A stretch of 53,523 bases of DNA. It comes from SAR86 cluster bacterium AG-422-P06 (GTDB lineage: Bacteria > Pseudomonadota > Gammaproteobacteria > Magnimaribacterales > TMED112). Below are positions 52,675-53,523 of the stretch, in pieces. The position numbers were made by a program, and so were the translations under genes. How positions within the stretch are numbered: position 1 is the stretch's first letter; every line of letters starts with the position of its first letter. The notes beneath the pieces are model-generated. The model saw nothing but the letters and a program-made list of their open reading frames with translations. It did no database searches and had not been told where the DNA came from. The stretch is taken from NCBI GenBank assembly GCA_003213455.1, contig QCMX01000003.1, positions 1 to 53,523 on the forward strand, written 5' to 3'.

Positions 52675-53523
52675 TTAACTATCTATATATTTATCTAAGA
52701 AATAGTCAGAACTACCAAATATATTGGTAATAACTAGTAACCTTTTGAGATAATGTCCAACAGACATTTCTTCTGTAACCCCCATGCCTCCATGGAGCTG
52801 AACAGCTTCTTCGCCTACATATTTGCCTGCTTTTGCTATCTGATGTTTGAGACCATAAACTAGTTTTCTTCTTTCCGAAGCATCGTCTGTTGCTAGAACT
52901 TTCAGTAAGAATGATTTGCTAAATTCTGTTTCCATAAACATATCAACCATTCTGTGTTGCAATGCCTGAAACTTAGATAATGATTGACCAAATTGTTCTC
53001 TTTGTTGAGTGTATTCAATAGTTAGCTTGTAGCACTTCTCCATTGCACCAATAGCTTCTGATGAAACAGATATAATTCCTTCTAAGATCGCTTCAGTGAG
53101 TATTTCAAGTGCATCATTCTTAGAAAAAACAGCTTCAGATTTGACGTTATCTAATTTTATGTCCCCTGAGACAAAACCATCGTACGTTTTATATGAAGTA
53201 ACATTCAGACCCTCAGCATCTTTAGAAACAAGCGCAAAAGCATGGCTTGAACCATGTTTTCCAAATACCAGAAAATGATCAGCATTTGGAGCATTCAATA
53301 CGGTTGTTTTTATACCATTTACTGTTCCATCTGAGGAGATTTCGCAATCAACATTGTCTAAGTTAAATCCTTTTTGAGGCTCATAGTTTGCAAGAGAAAA
53401 TTGAGCTTCTCCTGCAATCAAACTTTCAATTAAATCTGATTTATTTTCGTGATCACATCTTTTAAGAACTCCGCCAGATAAAACTACATTTGCCAAGTAA
53501 GGTTCAATAACAATAGATTTACC
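52675..53523 (-). CDS. Acyl-CoA dehydrogenase family protein, 5'-truncated by window edge
   Basis: REQFG..FQALQH and QLHGGMGVTEE motifs; frame stays open to the window end. Confidence 0.92.
   Translation of the reverse strand, partial: GKSIVIEPYLANVVLSGGVLKRCDHENKSDLIESLIAGEAQFSLANYEPQKGFNLDNVDCEISSDGTVNGIKTTVLNAPNADHFLVFGKHGSSHAFALVSKDAEGLNVTSYKTYDGFVSGDIKLDNVKSEAVFSKNDALEILTEAILEGIISVSSEAIGAMEKCYKLTIEYTQQREQFGQSLSKFQALQHRMVDMFMETEFSKSFLLKVLATDDASERRKLVYGLKHQIAKAGKYVGEEAVQLHGGMGVTEEMSVGHYLKRLLVITNIFGSSDYFLDKYIDS

Noticed and set aside
2549-53278. The many 60-133 aa ORFs nested in or antisense to recognised genes (e.g. 12568-12870, 28177-28500, 39656-40057)
   Set aside because: They lie within conserved genes, have Ser/Phe/Ile-rich antisense-shadow composition and show no family motifs.

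Overview
A 53.5-kb, gene-dense, AT-rich (roughly one-third GC by eye) chromosomal segment of a streamlined Gammaproteobacterium. Gene order is Pseudomonadales-like but heavily trimmed; SAR86-like marine lineage is my inference. It carries core genes: mdh, nrdAB, serA, ung, ygfZ/sdhE, rpoE-rseA-degP-lepA-lepB-era-recO-acpS-adk-tsaB-uppP-rsmJ, rpmF-fabD-fabG-acpP-mltG-tmk-holB, infA, clpAS, icd, mnmA-purB-aceB-aceA, gap and nqrA-F-apbE-nqrM. It also spans the replication terminus, with a canonical dif site at 31827-31854. I found no rRNA, tRNA, CRISPR array, integrase or transposase. The most unusual signals are: (1) dif is flanked by two tandem DnaA boxes and followed by two extra perfect, inverted XerD half-sites, one exactly 90 bp away; (2) a DARS-like three-DnaA-box core between serA and ung; (3) an anti-sigma-E protein that appears to fuse RseA/MucA to the C-terminal domain of RseB/MucB; (4) divergent ygfZ and sdhE start codons overlapping in one CATG. 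Two real genes missing from the ORF track were added: a partial YHYH protein and nqrM. All calls come from reading motifs by eye; no database searches were run.
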